DNA of 64,000 nt from a virus. The translations under genes were made by a program, and so were the position numbers. Of this stretch, positions 1-9,627 are shown one piece after another. The DNA lies in the IMG/VR virus record IMGVR_UViG_3300029448_000001, positions 32,001 through 96,000 of that record; one strand, 5' to 3'. The notes under the pieces were generated by a model. That model had not been told where the DNA came from. It ran no database searches and was given only the letters and a program-made list of their open reading frames with translations. The first letter of the stretch is position 1. Every line of letters starts with the position of its first letter.

Positions 1-1011
1 AGAGGAGGTAGAGGAGATACATTAAATACTTCATCTCCAATTCAAATAGGTACTGACGATACTTGGATCGCACTTGCAAACACTACAGGACAAGATGATT
101 TAGATTGGACAGGAGCGATAGCAAATACTAACGGAACATCAACTAGTGGACATCTTTATGCTTGGGGTGATAGTGCATCTGGTCAATTACATCAAGTGGG
201 TGTATCTGAAGGTCCTCACGGCATGCCTGGTATTCATGACTTGTCTTCTCCTGTTCAATTAGGATTTAAGAGTTGGTCAAATGTAGATTCTGGTTATAGA
301 TTTACTCACGCAATTACAACAAATAATGAATTATTTACTTGGGGATTGAATTATTACGGAACAACTGGACTAAATGAAGTTTTTGCAACTGATGGTGGTA
401 CTGTTCACAAATCATCTCACACTTTAGTTAAAGCTGGTACAAGTTTTGTTTCAGTTACAGCGTATCATAATACAGTAGGTGCTTTGACAACTAATGGAGA
501 TATATGGGTTTGGGGAGACCAAACACAATCAGGATTTAAAGAAACAAATATGGTACATAGGTCAAAACCAACTCTCATACCAGGAGACAGGTCTTGGAAT
601 CATGTAAGTGCTGGTAATAATTATAGTGCCGCCATAACATCAAATTCAGAACTATGGACATGGGGATTAAATACTGATGGTCAACTAGGATTAAATGATA
701 CAGTTCATAGAAGTAATATTTCTCAAGTTACAGGAACTTGGAAAGTTGTTGAAACAGGAAATAATCATACAGGAGCATTTGATTCAAGTAATGCAATTCA
801 TACATGGGGTAAAAATGACGTTGGTCAGTTAGGAACTAATGATAATTATCCTTTCTATACAAATCGCTCAACACCTACTGCAATTGCTACTGGTTCAAAT
901 AATCATTCTCAGTTATCTGTAGGTAAAGATTATTCTATGATAATTGACTCATCTAACGGAATACTAGCTTGGGGACATAATAAATATGGAAAAACAGGAG
1001 TAAGAGATTAA
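1..1011 (+). CDS. RCC1/BLIP-II repeat beta-propeller protein, 5'-truncated by window edge
   Basis: Frame is open from base 1 (RGGRGDTLNTSSPIQIG...), not only from 196; repeated WGxNxxGQLG motifs. Confidence 0.85.
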   Translation, partial: RGGRGDTLNTSSPIQIGTDDTWIALANTTGQDDLDWTGAIANTNGTSTSGHLYAWGDSASGQLHQVGVSEGPHGMPGIHDLSSPVQLGFKSWSNVDSGYRFTHAITTNNELFTWGLNYYGTTGLNEVFATDGGTVHKSSHTLVKAGTSFVSVTAYHNTVGALTTNGDIWVWGDQTQSGFKETNMVHRSKPTLIPGDRSWNHVSAGNNYSAAITSNSELWTWGLNTDGQLGLNDTVHRSNISQVTGTWKVVETGNNHTGAFDSSNAIHTWGKNDVGQLGTNDNYPFYTNRSTPTAIATGSNNHSQLSVGKDYSMIIDSSNGILAWGHNKYGKTGVRD

Positions 1012-4000
1012 ATGACTAAAAAAGTTTTTTCCATAAACACCCCTAAAAAATTAGGGAGTGCTAACTCAGTACCTAAGAGTTGGACTCAAGTACAAGTTGC
1101 GCCTACAGGAATAATGGCTAAAGATGCCGATGATTTTTTATTCGCTTGGGGCTCTAGTGGATATGCTAATACTACTATTTTTGGTGGGGCAGGTCCAGCA
1201 TCTTCACCTACGTCAGGAAATAATGTATTTAATTTAGATAGCACAGAACTACAACCTGTTCCTCATCAAGCGTTAGGTTTGCCTAATGCACAAGCGATAA
1301 AAAAACTTATATTTGCAGGTCATGGAAATGATCAAACAGCATATGCTATAACGCAAGATGGCGACCTTTATGCTTCAGGATTTAACACTTATGGAGTAGG
1401 TGGAGGACGAGGAGGAGGTCCTAACTTTGGAGATTCGACTTATAATCTTAATGATGTAAAACAAGCTAGGTCTAGCTTTACTCAAATTTTTAGTGGTCAA
1501 AGAGGAGTAGAACACCCAGAACATACACAACTTATTGATAAAGGTGTTCATGATATAGATTCTAACAGATACGCTGTAGGTATGATAAAAAATGATGGAA
1601 CTCTTCATACATGGGGATATAATCATTTAGGTCAATTAGGAGCAAATAGCACTCAAATTTTATATTCTCCAGTTCAAATAGGTAATGAAAGATATAGAAA
1701 AGTTTTAATGGGTATGCATGACGACCAGAACTCAACTATGGCTTTAAGAGATGACCACACTCTTTATATGTGGGGTTCAAATGAATATGGTCAATTAGGA
1801 ATTACTCATGGACACACTACTTGGCATACAATCGACCGTTCATCTCCTAATCAAGTAACATCAGGAACAGGCAGTTTTATTCACATTTCTTCAAGTGGTA
1901 AACATAGTGCCGCAATAGATTCAGAGAATAGACTTTATATGTGGGGATATAATAATTACGGACAGTTAGGTGTCGGTAATATAGCAAATAGGTCATCTCC
2001 AACACAAGTTCCAGGTAGTTGGTCACAAGTAGAAACAGGGTACGATACGACTTATGCTTTGACTACTGATAATCAATTATTTGCATGGGGAAGAAAACAT
2101 GTTGGTTCTATACCTGAACACCCATTTAATGCAAATCGTTCATCGCCTATAGCTTTAAAAGGAAACAATAATAATACAGGAGCAAACGTAAGTTTTGGAT
2201 TAGTTAGTTGGACAAACATCGCCGCAATTGATTATGGAGGTATTGCTGTAGAGGCAACTACAAATACTGCTTATGTTTGGGGTTCTAATGATGTAGGACA
2301 ATTAGGTCTAGGCGATAGTGCTAATAAATCTAGTTTTGTTGCCATAGGAACACATAACGGAGGGCATCTTTCTAATAAGAGTTGGTATAATGTAGATGCT
2401 GGTCCTAGAAATATAATATTATATGATCCTGATGGTAAAATATATGTATCAGGTGGTGATTACTACGGAGCAACAGGTAGAAGAAAGTCTGTTAATGCAC
2501 AAAATAATAAGCGTGTATATAGAAGTTTTCCTATACAAGTAAGCACAGTAGATGAATCTAAATGGTATTATCCACAAAAAATTCAAACAGGTTCAAACAC
2601 AGCATTCAAAGAATTTTCAGTAGGTCAAAATCATGGACTTGCAATAGACTCTAACGATAAACTTTGGGGTTGGGGTAATTTTGCTGGTCGTGATTTTTTT
2701 GCAAATACAACAGAACATAACTCTTGGAAAAAAATTGCATCAGCCCATACTCATAGTATAGGTCTTACAGATGATGGAGAAGCATATGCATGGGGAGAAA
2801 ATAATTGGGGTCAGCTTGGAACAGGAGAAAAAACGCATAGGTCTTCCCCTGTTCAAATTCCATCTGAAGAAGGCACAAGTTGGATTGATGTAGATGCAGG
2901 AACAGGTTATTCAGCACTTGTTAGAAGTGATAAAACTTTATGGACTATGGGAAGAAATGAGTATGGTCAGTTAGGTCCTAGAATGTTTGCTAACAATACT
3001 CTCTACTATGGTACTACAACTGGAATATATTCTCATAGAAGTTCTCCAATACAAATAGGTTCGCATGAAGGAGTTCGCAAATATAAATCTCTTGGTATAG
3101 GACAACATACTTCTTATGCACTTGATGAAGATGGGAATGTATTTGCTTGGGGAAGAAATGGAAGTGGTTCTTTAGGTGACATGGGTCCAGGAGGAGCAGT
3201 AACAAGTAAAAGTTCTCCAGTACAACTAACTATAGCATATAAGAATGATGGCTCTGCTCATTACGGAGCAAATAATACTTTTGCTGGAGGTGGAATACCA
3301 GATGAAGACAATACTTTTAATGTAGCAGGCAACTTTAACGCTAGAAGATTTAGTGCAGTAGATATTGTAGGTTCTATGGCTGACCATGCAGTTATACTTG
3401 ATGAGTACGGAAGAACATTTCATTTTGGACTTAATACATGGGGACCATACGGATTCAATGATATTGTAAGTAGAAGTACGCCCTACTTAAATACAGTTTT
3501 TGGACAAAAAAGTTTCGCACAAGTATCTTTAGGGTCAAATTATGGAATGTATCTTACACATGATGGACAGTTATGGACATCAGGTCATAATCCTGATGGA
3601 AGATTAGGAGACAATACAGTTATTTCTCGTTCCTCTCCTGTACAAATATCACACCCTAATTCTAGAAGTTGGAGTCAAGTATCAGCAGGTTTTGGACAAT
3701 GTTATGCATTAGATGAAGATTATAAACTTTGGGGTTGGGGTAGAGCGAATATGGGAAGGCTAGGACCTTCTAATAACAATCAATCATCACCAGTTCAAAC
3801 TGATGCAGGATTCACAAGAGCAAACATGGGAGTAAGTGTAATCTCAATGGCCGCTGGTGGAGAATACTCAGGTCATGTTCTTTCTAATAATGCTTTGTAT
3901 ATGTACGGAACAGGAACTTATGGTCAGTTAGGAAAAAATGATATATTAGCTTCAAGTTCTCCAATTCAGATTGCATCAGATAAAACATGGAAAACAATAC

Positions 4001-7000
4001 ACACAGCACAAAGTTTTACTCATGGAATAACAACAGACAAACAACTTTGGGGTTGGGGAGATAATAGATGGGGATCAGTAGGAGATAACACGATAATAAA
4101 TCGTTCATCACCAGTTCAAATAGCAGGAAGTTGGAATGTTGTTGCGACTGGTGGTGGAAATAGAACACATAATTGTTTAGCAATCAAATCAGACGGAACA
4201 CTATGGTCTTGGGGTTATAATGCACAAGGTCAATTGGGTCTTAATGATGTTGTAGGAAGGTCATCACCAGTTCAAATAGGAACAAAATCTGATTGGACAA
4301 TCGTAGCCGCTAATTATTATAATGGAGCGGCGATTAATGCTAACAATGAATTATTTGTTTGGGGAGATGGTCCTCAAGGATCGATGGGAGATAATACAGC
4401 AGTATCTAAATCTTCTCCAATTCAAGTAACTGGTAGTTGGCAACAAGTCGTATCAGGTGATAGATGGTTCTGGGCTTTAAGTTCAGCGAATCAAGTGTTT
4501 GGTTGGGGTTATAATAACTACGGACATGTTTCAGCAGACACTACTAAAACTAATAAATCTCAACCAGTTCAAGTTGCTACTGGTAGCAGTTTTGCTTTCA
4601 TAGGTGCATTGTCAGGAACAGCATGTATGGGAGATACAAACGGAAAATTATTTGCAGTAGGCTATAATGGTCATGGTGCTGTTGGTGACGGAACTACTGC
4701 ACACAGGTCAACAGTTACCGCAATACTGACACAAAGAAATACTCCTAGAGCGTTTTCTGCCGCTTACTGGAATGAAGGTAGTATAGCGAGAGAAATAACA
4801 GGAGGTTATCATCACTGGCAAATGCTAGACAATTCTAATACATTGTTTGCATGGGGTCATGGAACTACTAATCAATTAGGTCAAATGGGAACAGGATTAA
4901 CAACTCCAAACAAATCTAGTCCAGTTCAAGTTTATGGAAATGATAGTTGGGTTCAAATTTGTGCAAGATTTAACAACGCTACCATAGATGGTGTTTTAGC
5001 AATTAAATCTGATGGAACGGCATGGATTCATGGCTACAATGGAAATGGAGTAGATACTTATGATGGTTCTTTAGGAATTAATGAAATTAATTCTACTTAT
5101 TATTCTCCTGTTCAAGTATCTCTTCCGTCAGGCTTTGATGCATCAGGTAAAAAACCTTGGTTTCACGGACATGGTGGATTTGTTTTTGAAGCAAATACAT
5201 TGTCTACAGCACAAACTGTTTATGGTTGGGGAAGAAATGAACACTCAACATTAGGCTCAAGATATTTTAAATATCATAGGTCTTCTCCAGTTTTAATAAA
5301 TTCTGGCAAAAAATATAAAGATATAAAAACATTTACAACTACAACTGCTGGAGGTCATAGTTTAGGAGTTGATGAAGACGATATACTTTGGTCATGGGGC
5401 GGTTCTTATACTACTAATCATGGAGAATTAGGATTCGCAACATTACTAGACAGATTCCATAGGTCATCTCCTACGCAAGTAAAACTAGCACATCAATGGA
5501 GACCAGAGTCAACAAAAGAAGTAGGAGTACCTGGAACTGAATGGGTTTCAGATATTGTTTCTGTATCGTGTGGTAGAAAATATGATGATTCTGCTTTAGG
5601 TAATATGTCAGTTCTTACAGAATCAGGTAATGTATTCTCATGGGGCCATAACGCAACTTACGGAGGTCTTGGAGATAATACAGTTGTAAATAGAAGCGAG
5701 CCTGTTCAATTAGGGTTTAATTTAGACGGACAATTTGAGGGAATTAGTTTTAGTGCATTATCTACTCATGCATTTGGTGGATTTGCAATCGGAAGTACAT
5801 CAACAACTAATTCAAAATATGGAGCAAATAGTTTATGGGGTTGGGGTAGAAATGATGTAGGAATGCTTTCAAAACAAGCTGAAGATGTAGTAGCATACTC
5901 ATTTCCTATTCAAGTAGATGGAGCGTTTCACGATCAATTCTGGACTAAATGGGACACTTATAGATATCATGGAATCGGAATCGCTAATAACGGAACTTTA
6001 TGGGTTTCAGGATATAATCAGAATGGGTGCTTAGGTCAAAATTTAAATCCAACAGAACTTGTAGCAAGGTCATCTCCAATTCAAGTAGGAACAGCAAATA
6101 ATTATATTGATGTTGCCGCTGGAGATTATAGTTGCTATGCAATTAAAGATGATGGTAAACTTTTTGCATGGGGGTATAATGCTCAAGGGCAACTAGGACA
6201 AAATGATACTCTAAATCGTTCATCACCTGTTCAAGTTAGACCTGGAACATCATTCACTTCAGTATCAACTTCTTATCGACATGTTTTAGCTACTACTTCA
6301 TCTAATAATATAGTGGCATGGGGAGAAAATACTTCTGGTCAATGTGGAATCAATAATGCGTTAAATGTATCTTCACCGACTCAAATTGGAATATCAACTT
6401 GGAGTAAAATTAAAGTAGGTATTCATCATTCTCTTGCAATAGGAAAAGGATTTTTAAATAATGCTGGAGGATTATACACATGGGGATATAATGTAGTTGG
6501 AGGAGTTTTAGGACAAAATAATGTTGCTAATCTATCTAATCCTACTCAAATTGGAACACACACAAATACAAATAAACTTGCGGCAGGATATCAAAATACT
6601 AAATGGATTAATACTGCAAATCAAATGTTTGTAGTTGGTTATAATACCTATGATGAATTAGGTCAAGGAGATACAGTCCATCGTTCATCGCCCGTTCAAC
6701 TTGCAGGTAGTTGGACTGAGGTAACAAGCGGTTATAATCATGCAATAGCAACTGCGGCTAATGGAACTATATTTGGTTGGGGTCTTAGAACAAGTGGTCA
6801 AGTAGGAGATGGAACTACAACTGCAAATACAAGAGACTTTGGAATACAATTAGTTGCAACAGCGAACAGTTATTATCACCCAAATCCTACAAATGTAAGT
6901 CTTCTTTATTCTGGAGTTTACAATTCAGGTATTATTGATGCAAATAATAAAAGATATGAATTTGGAACAAATGAGTGGGGTCATGCAGGAAGAATCTTCT

Positions 7001-7845
7001 GGGCAGTTGGTGGAGCCCATCACTCAAGTGCTGTTCAAGTTACAGGAAATAAACAATGGCAAACAATAGCTGTAAGAGATGCAGTAGGAGGTCAGGCTAT
7101 ACAGAAAGATACAAATAAATTATGGGCATGGGGATATAACTCTCATGGAGAATTAGGTTTGAATAATCAACTAAATCAATCTTCTCCAACTCAAATATGG
7201 GGAGATGATATAACTAGCGTAACTGATGGAATGCATCACACAATAGGGTGGACTGCTAATACAGGCAAGATGTATATGGTAGGATATAATGACCAAGGTC
7301 AAATAGGTCAAAATGATGTAAGTGTTAGTCGCTCAACACCAACTCAAATAACAGGTGAAGCAAACATACAAGGCATACATGTAAATGGAAATAATTGGTC
7401 AAATGTTTGGGGTGGAGAGAGAAGTGTTTTTGCAGAACTAAAACATTCTAACAAAAGAATTTATGCATGGGGATATGAGGGTATTAGGTCATTTGCAAAA
7501 CTTGGTTTAGGATATAGGAATGATTTTGTTTATACTCCTACGCCAATGGTAGGAAATTATTTTGGAAACACAGAGATTAGTAGATTTGAAACTTCTTTGC
7601 CTGCTCAAATTGGAAATTTAAATTACAAATATGTCGCCGCAGGAAATAATATTTCTTACGCTATATCAGACACAGATTTAATTTATTCATGGGGAAATAA
7701 TCGTGAAGGTCAACTTGGTAGATATGGAGAAGCGAATTCTGAATTTGAATCATTTAGTCCTGTACAAATAGGTGTCGTAGCAGACACCTATCGAAGAGTT
7801 TACTCAGGAAATACAGGAGCGTTTGGAATTAAGTTTAGAGTCTAA
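1012..7845 (+). CDS. Giant RCC1-repeat protein (2277 aa), probable virion/adhesin protein
   Basis: Dozens of (W)GxNxxGQLG...RSSPVQ(I/V)...W repeats. Confidence 0.88.
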   Translation: MTKKVFSINTPKKLGSANSVPKSWTQVQVAPTGIMAKDADDFLFAWGSSGYANTTIFGGAGPASSPTSGNNVFNLDSTELQPVPHQALGLPNAQAIKKLIFAGHGNDQTAYAITQDGDLYASGFNTYGVGGGRGGGPNFGDSTYNLNDVKQARSSFTQIFSGQRGVEHPEHTQLIDKGVHDIDSNRYAVGMIKNDGTLHTWGYNHLGQLGANSTQILYSPVQIGNERYRKVLMGMHDDQNSTMALRDDHTLYMWGSNEYGQLGITHGHTTWHTIDRSSPNQVTSGTGSFIHISSSGKHSAAIDSENRLYMWGYNNYGQLGVGNIANRSSPTQVPGSWSQVETGYDTTYALTTDNQLFAWGRKHVGSIPEHPFNANRSSPIALKGNNNNTGANVSFGLVSWTNIAAIDYGGIAVEATTNTAYVWGSNDVGQLGLGDSANKSSFVAIGTHNGGHLSNKSWYNVDAGPRNIILYDPDGKIYVSGGDYYGATGRRKSVNAQNNKRVYRSFPIQVSTVDESKWYYPQKIQTGSNTAFKEFSVGQNHGLAIDSNDKLWGWGNFAGRDFFANTTEHNSWKKIASAHTHSIGLTDDGEAYAWGENNWGQLGTGEKTHRSSPVQIPSEEGTSWIDVDAGTGYSALVRSDKTLWTMGRNEYGQLGPRMFANNTLYYGTTTGIYSHRSSPIQIGSHEGVRKYKSLGIGQHTSYALDEDGNVFAWGRNGSGSLGDMGPGGAVTSKSSPVQLTIAYKNDGSAHYGANNTFAGGGIPDEDNTFNVAGNFNARRFSAVDIVGSMADHAVILDEYGRTFHFGLNTWGPYGFNDIVSRSTPYLNTVFGQKSFAQVSLGSNYGMYLTHDGQLWTSGHNPDGRLGDNTVISRSSPVQISHPNSRSWSQVSAGFGQCYALDEDYKLWGWGRANMGRLGPSNNNQSSPVQTDAGFTRANMGVSVISMAAGGEYSGHVLSNNALYMYGTGTYGQLGKNDILASSSPIQIASDKTWKTIHTAQSFTHGITTDKQLWGWGDNRWGSVGDNTIINRSSPVQIAGSWNVVATGGGNRTHNCLAIKSDGTLWSWGYNAQGQLGLNDVVGRSSPVQIGTKSDWTIVAANYYNGAAINANNELFVWGDGPQGSMGDNTAVSKSSPIQVTGSWQQVVSGDRWFWALSSANQVFGWGYNNYGHVSADTTKTNKSQPVQVATGSSFAFIGALSGTACMGDTNGKLFAVGYNGHGAVGDGTTAHRSTVTAILTQRNTPRAFSAAYWNEGSIAREITGGYHHWQMLDNSNTLFAWGHGTTNQLGQMGTGLTTPNKSSPVQVYGNDSWVQICARFNNATIDGVLAIKSDGTAWIHGYNGNGVDTYDGSLGINEINSTYYSPVQVSLPSGFDASGKKPWFHGHGGFVFEANTLSTAQTVYGWGRNEHSTLGSRYFKYHRSSPVLINSGKKYKDIKTFTTTTAGGHSLGVDEDDILWSWGGSYTTNHGELGFATLLDRFHRSSPTQVKLAHQWRPESTKEVGVPGTEWVSDIVSVSCGRKYDDSALGNMSVLTESGNVFSWGHNATYGGLGDNTVVNRSEPVQLGFNLDGQFEGISFSALSTHAFGGFAIGSTSTTNSKYGANSLWGWGRNDVGMLSKQAEDVVAYSFPIQVDGAFHDQFWTKWDTYRYHGIGIANNGTLWVSGYNQNGCLGQNLNPTELVARSSPIQVGTANNYIDVAAGDYSCYAIKDDGKLFAWGYNAQGQLGQNDTLNRSSPVQVRPGTSFTSVSTSYRHVLATTSSNNIVAWGENTSGQCGINNALNVSSPTQIGISTWSKIKVGIHHSLAIGKGFLNNAGGLYTWGYNVVGGVLGQNNVANLSNPTQIGTHTNTNKLAAGYQNTKWINTANQMFVVGYNTYDELGQGDTVHRSSPVQLAGSWTEVTSGYNHAIATAANGTIFGWGLRTSGQVGDGTTTANTRDFGIQLVATANSYYHPNPTNVSLLYSGVYNSGIIDANNKRYEFGTNEWGHAGRIFWAVGGAHHSSAVQVTGNKQWQTIAVRDAVGGQAIQKDTNKLWAWGYNSHGELGLNNQLNQSSPTQIWGDDITSVTDGMHHTIGWTANTGKMYMVGYNDQGQIGQNDVSVSRSTPTQITGEANIQGIHVNGNNWSNVWGGERSVFAELKHSNKRIYAWGYEGIRSFAKLGLGYRNDFVYTPTPMVGNYFGNTEISRFETSLPAQIGNLNYKYVAAGNNISYAISDTDLIYSWGNNREGQLGRYGEANSEFESFSPVQIGVVADTYRRVYSGNTGAFGIKFRV

Positions 7846-7849
7846 TAAG

Positions 7850-8062
7850 GTAATTTCGTAGTTAGGTATTGTCTGGGCCTCTTAAAACGGAGGGTTTTCG
7901 TCCGCTGCCGACAACTTTTATTTCAGACAGTTGCTACTCGATCACTATAACACATCTGTCACTTACATTATAGGTCGTCATTTTTCCACCTAACTACTAT
8001 TTCGATTCTTTACGTTAGTTGTTTTCCCGACATTACGGTCGTTATAAAGAATCTCAACCATC
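7850..8062 (-). ncRNA. Putative structured non-coding RNA (~210 nt)
   Basis: Locally GC-richer, ORF-free region; helices GATTCTTTA/TAAAGAATC and GTAGTTAGGT/ACCTAACTAC plus inner hairpins; dedicated promoter upstream. Confidence 0.65.
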
Positions 8063-8068
8063 AAATAC

Positions 8069-8096
8069 AGTTTATCAAATCTACAAAATATGTCAA
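8069..8096 (-). promoter_or_regulatory. Sigma70-type promoter for the putative ncRNA
   Basis: TTGACA-N16-TAAACT with extended -10 TG on the minus strand. Confidence 0.65.
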
Positions 8097-8106
8097 GGGT
8101 ATTTAC

Positions 8107-8919
8107 TTAACTAATATTTTTGTTGCTTTTTAACAACGTAGTGGCTTTTTCTTTTATAGATTCATCTTTAAAACTTGACTGCGTAAAAACTTCATAAATT
8201 TTTTCTATCTTTTCTTTGTCTTCTGCATGTTCGATATACGCTAATCCTGTTTCTATAAAGTTTTTTGTATCTCTTTCTTTGTAGTAATGATTTACTAAAA
8301 ACCAAAGTGTCCAACAATTTGTAGGATTTTCTTCAAACTCTTCCCTTAACATTTTTACATAAAGTTCAGGTCTTTCTTTCTTCTTAAAATCTTGGTCGTG
8401 AATTAAATATATTAAATCATTATAAACTTCATTTTCAAGTTTAGGGTCATGCTTGTACGACCAGAACAAATGTTCATAGATAGGTTGTACCCAATGATAA
8501 TATTTTTTTCTATGAATTTTATTAGTTCCTAAACATTTAGGAGGACCTACACGAACTTCTTTTGTGTATATGTCTAATCTATCACATGCAATATTTGTTA
8601 CTGATGGAGTTTCTTTCATTGTTTTTTCCATCTCATCTAATACGTTGATAGAAAAGTATTCGTCTAAATCAGGAGAAAGACACCATTCAACATCTTTAGG
8701 TATCATGTTCAAATTGTAGTTTCTAGCTACGTTGAATTTCCATGGCGTAAAAGTTTTTTGTTCGACAATTATATTATCAGCTTTTTTAAATTCTTCATAT
8801 GTTCCATCTGTAGAACCTGTATCTAATATGACTCTGTAATCAAAATCTTTTGTATAGTAAAGCCACTTTTCAACATACTTTATTTCATTTTTACATATTG
8901 TATATGCGGCAGTTTTCAT
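8107..8919 (-). CDS. Glycosyltransferase family 2
   Basis: YTICKNE, LDTGSTDGT, FNVARN, DLDE motifs. Confidence 0.85.
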   Translation of the reverse strand: MKTAAYTICKNEIKYVEKWLYYTKDFDYRVILDTGSTDGTYEEFKKADNIIVEQKTFTPWKFNVARNYNLNMIPKDVEWCLSPDLDEYFSINVLDEMEKTMKETPSVTNIACDRLDIYTKEVRVGPPKCLGTNKIHRKKYYHWVQPIYEHLFWSYKHDPKLENEVYNDLIYLIHDQDFKKKERPELYVKMLREEFEENPTNCWTLWFLVNHYYKERDTKNFIETGLAYIEHAEDKEKIEKIYEVFTQSSFKDESIKEKATTLLKSNKNIS

Positions 8920-9626
8920 ACTTCAAGATTATCATTTCTTATTGTAGACCTTCCCTCTAAAGGTCTAGCTTTAATAGTAGTATCATTTGTTTTGTCATAA
9001 TTTTTATCGTATGCAATCAATCCTTGATGAGTGATATGAAATATATCTGTTCTTATCATAATATCTAAAGGAGCAACTATTCCATATTTTAATACATGAG
9101 CAAGTAAATTTTTTGCAACTTGAGGGTCAATACCATAAGCATGGGCTCTACAAATAAAATGATAGTTAGGACCTTCTGATGCATGTGGTGGAACTGACAT
9201 GACAGGCCAGTTTCTCTCAGCCCATTCTATTCCACCAAGATAAACAATTGAATTATAACTTTCGTGCATTTCAATATTCTTAATCACAATTGCATCATGC
9301 TCTAATATAATAATTGGCTTATCTAAATTTACACAATGAATCCATAAACTAATATGACTTAATGCACAAGCAACCTCACCTCTAGTTAAATAGTGGTCGG
9401 TAATTTTTAACATTTTCATAAAGTCGCTGTTTGATGAATGTTCTGGAACTATCATTTTACTTTCTTTAGTTCCATCGTAAGCGTCCCATATTTTCCACTT
9501 CATACCAACTTTATCACAAGAATCTTGACATTCTTTGGAATGTCTTTCCGATTTCTCATGATTTTTTACTGTTATAATATATGCACTTTCATACGCTCTA
9601 GTATTCGACCAAAATGGATTTATCAT
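8916..9626 (-). CDS. Glycosyltransferase family 25-like
   Basis: GEVACALSHISLW...ILEHDA and AHAY motifs. Confidence 0.8.
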   Translation of the reverse strand: MINPFWSNTRAYESAYIITVKNHEKSERHSKECQDSCDKVGMKWKIWDAYDGTKESKMIVPEHSSNSDFMKMLKITDHYLTRGEVACALSHISLWIHCVNLDKPIIILEHDAIVIKNIEMHESYNSIVYLGGIEWAERNWPVMSVPPHASEGPNYHFICRAHAYGIDPQVAKNLLAHVLKYGIVAPLDIMIRTDIFHITHQGLIAYDKNYDKTNDTTIKARPLEGRSTIRNDNLEV

Positions 9627-9627
9627 T

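Noticed and set aside
1012-7845. Diversity-generating retroelement or CRISPR-like array behind the repeated motifs
   Set aside because: Repeats are degenerate protein-level repeats; no reverse transcriptase, TR/VR pair or spacer-separated identical repeats seen
7850-8062. tRNA, tmRNA or intron identity for the structured region
   Set aside because: No cloverleaf/T-loop, tag reading frame or interrupted gene recognised; left as an unclassified ncRNA
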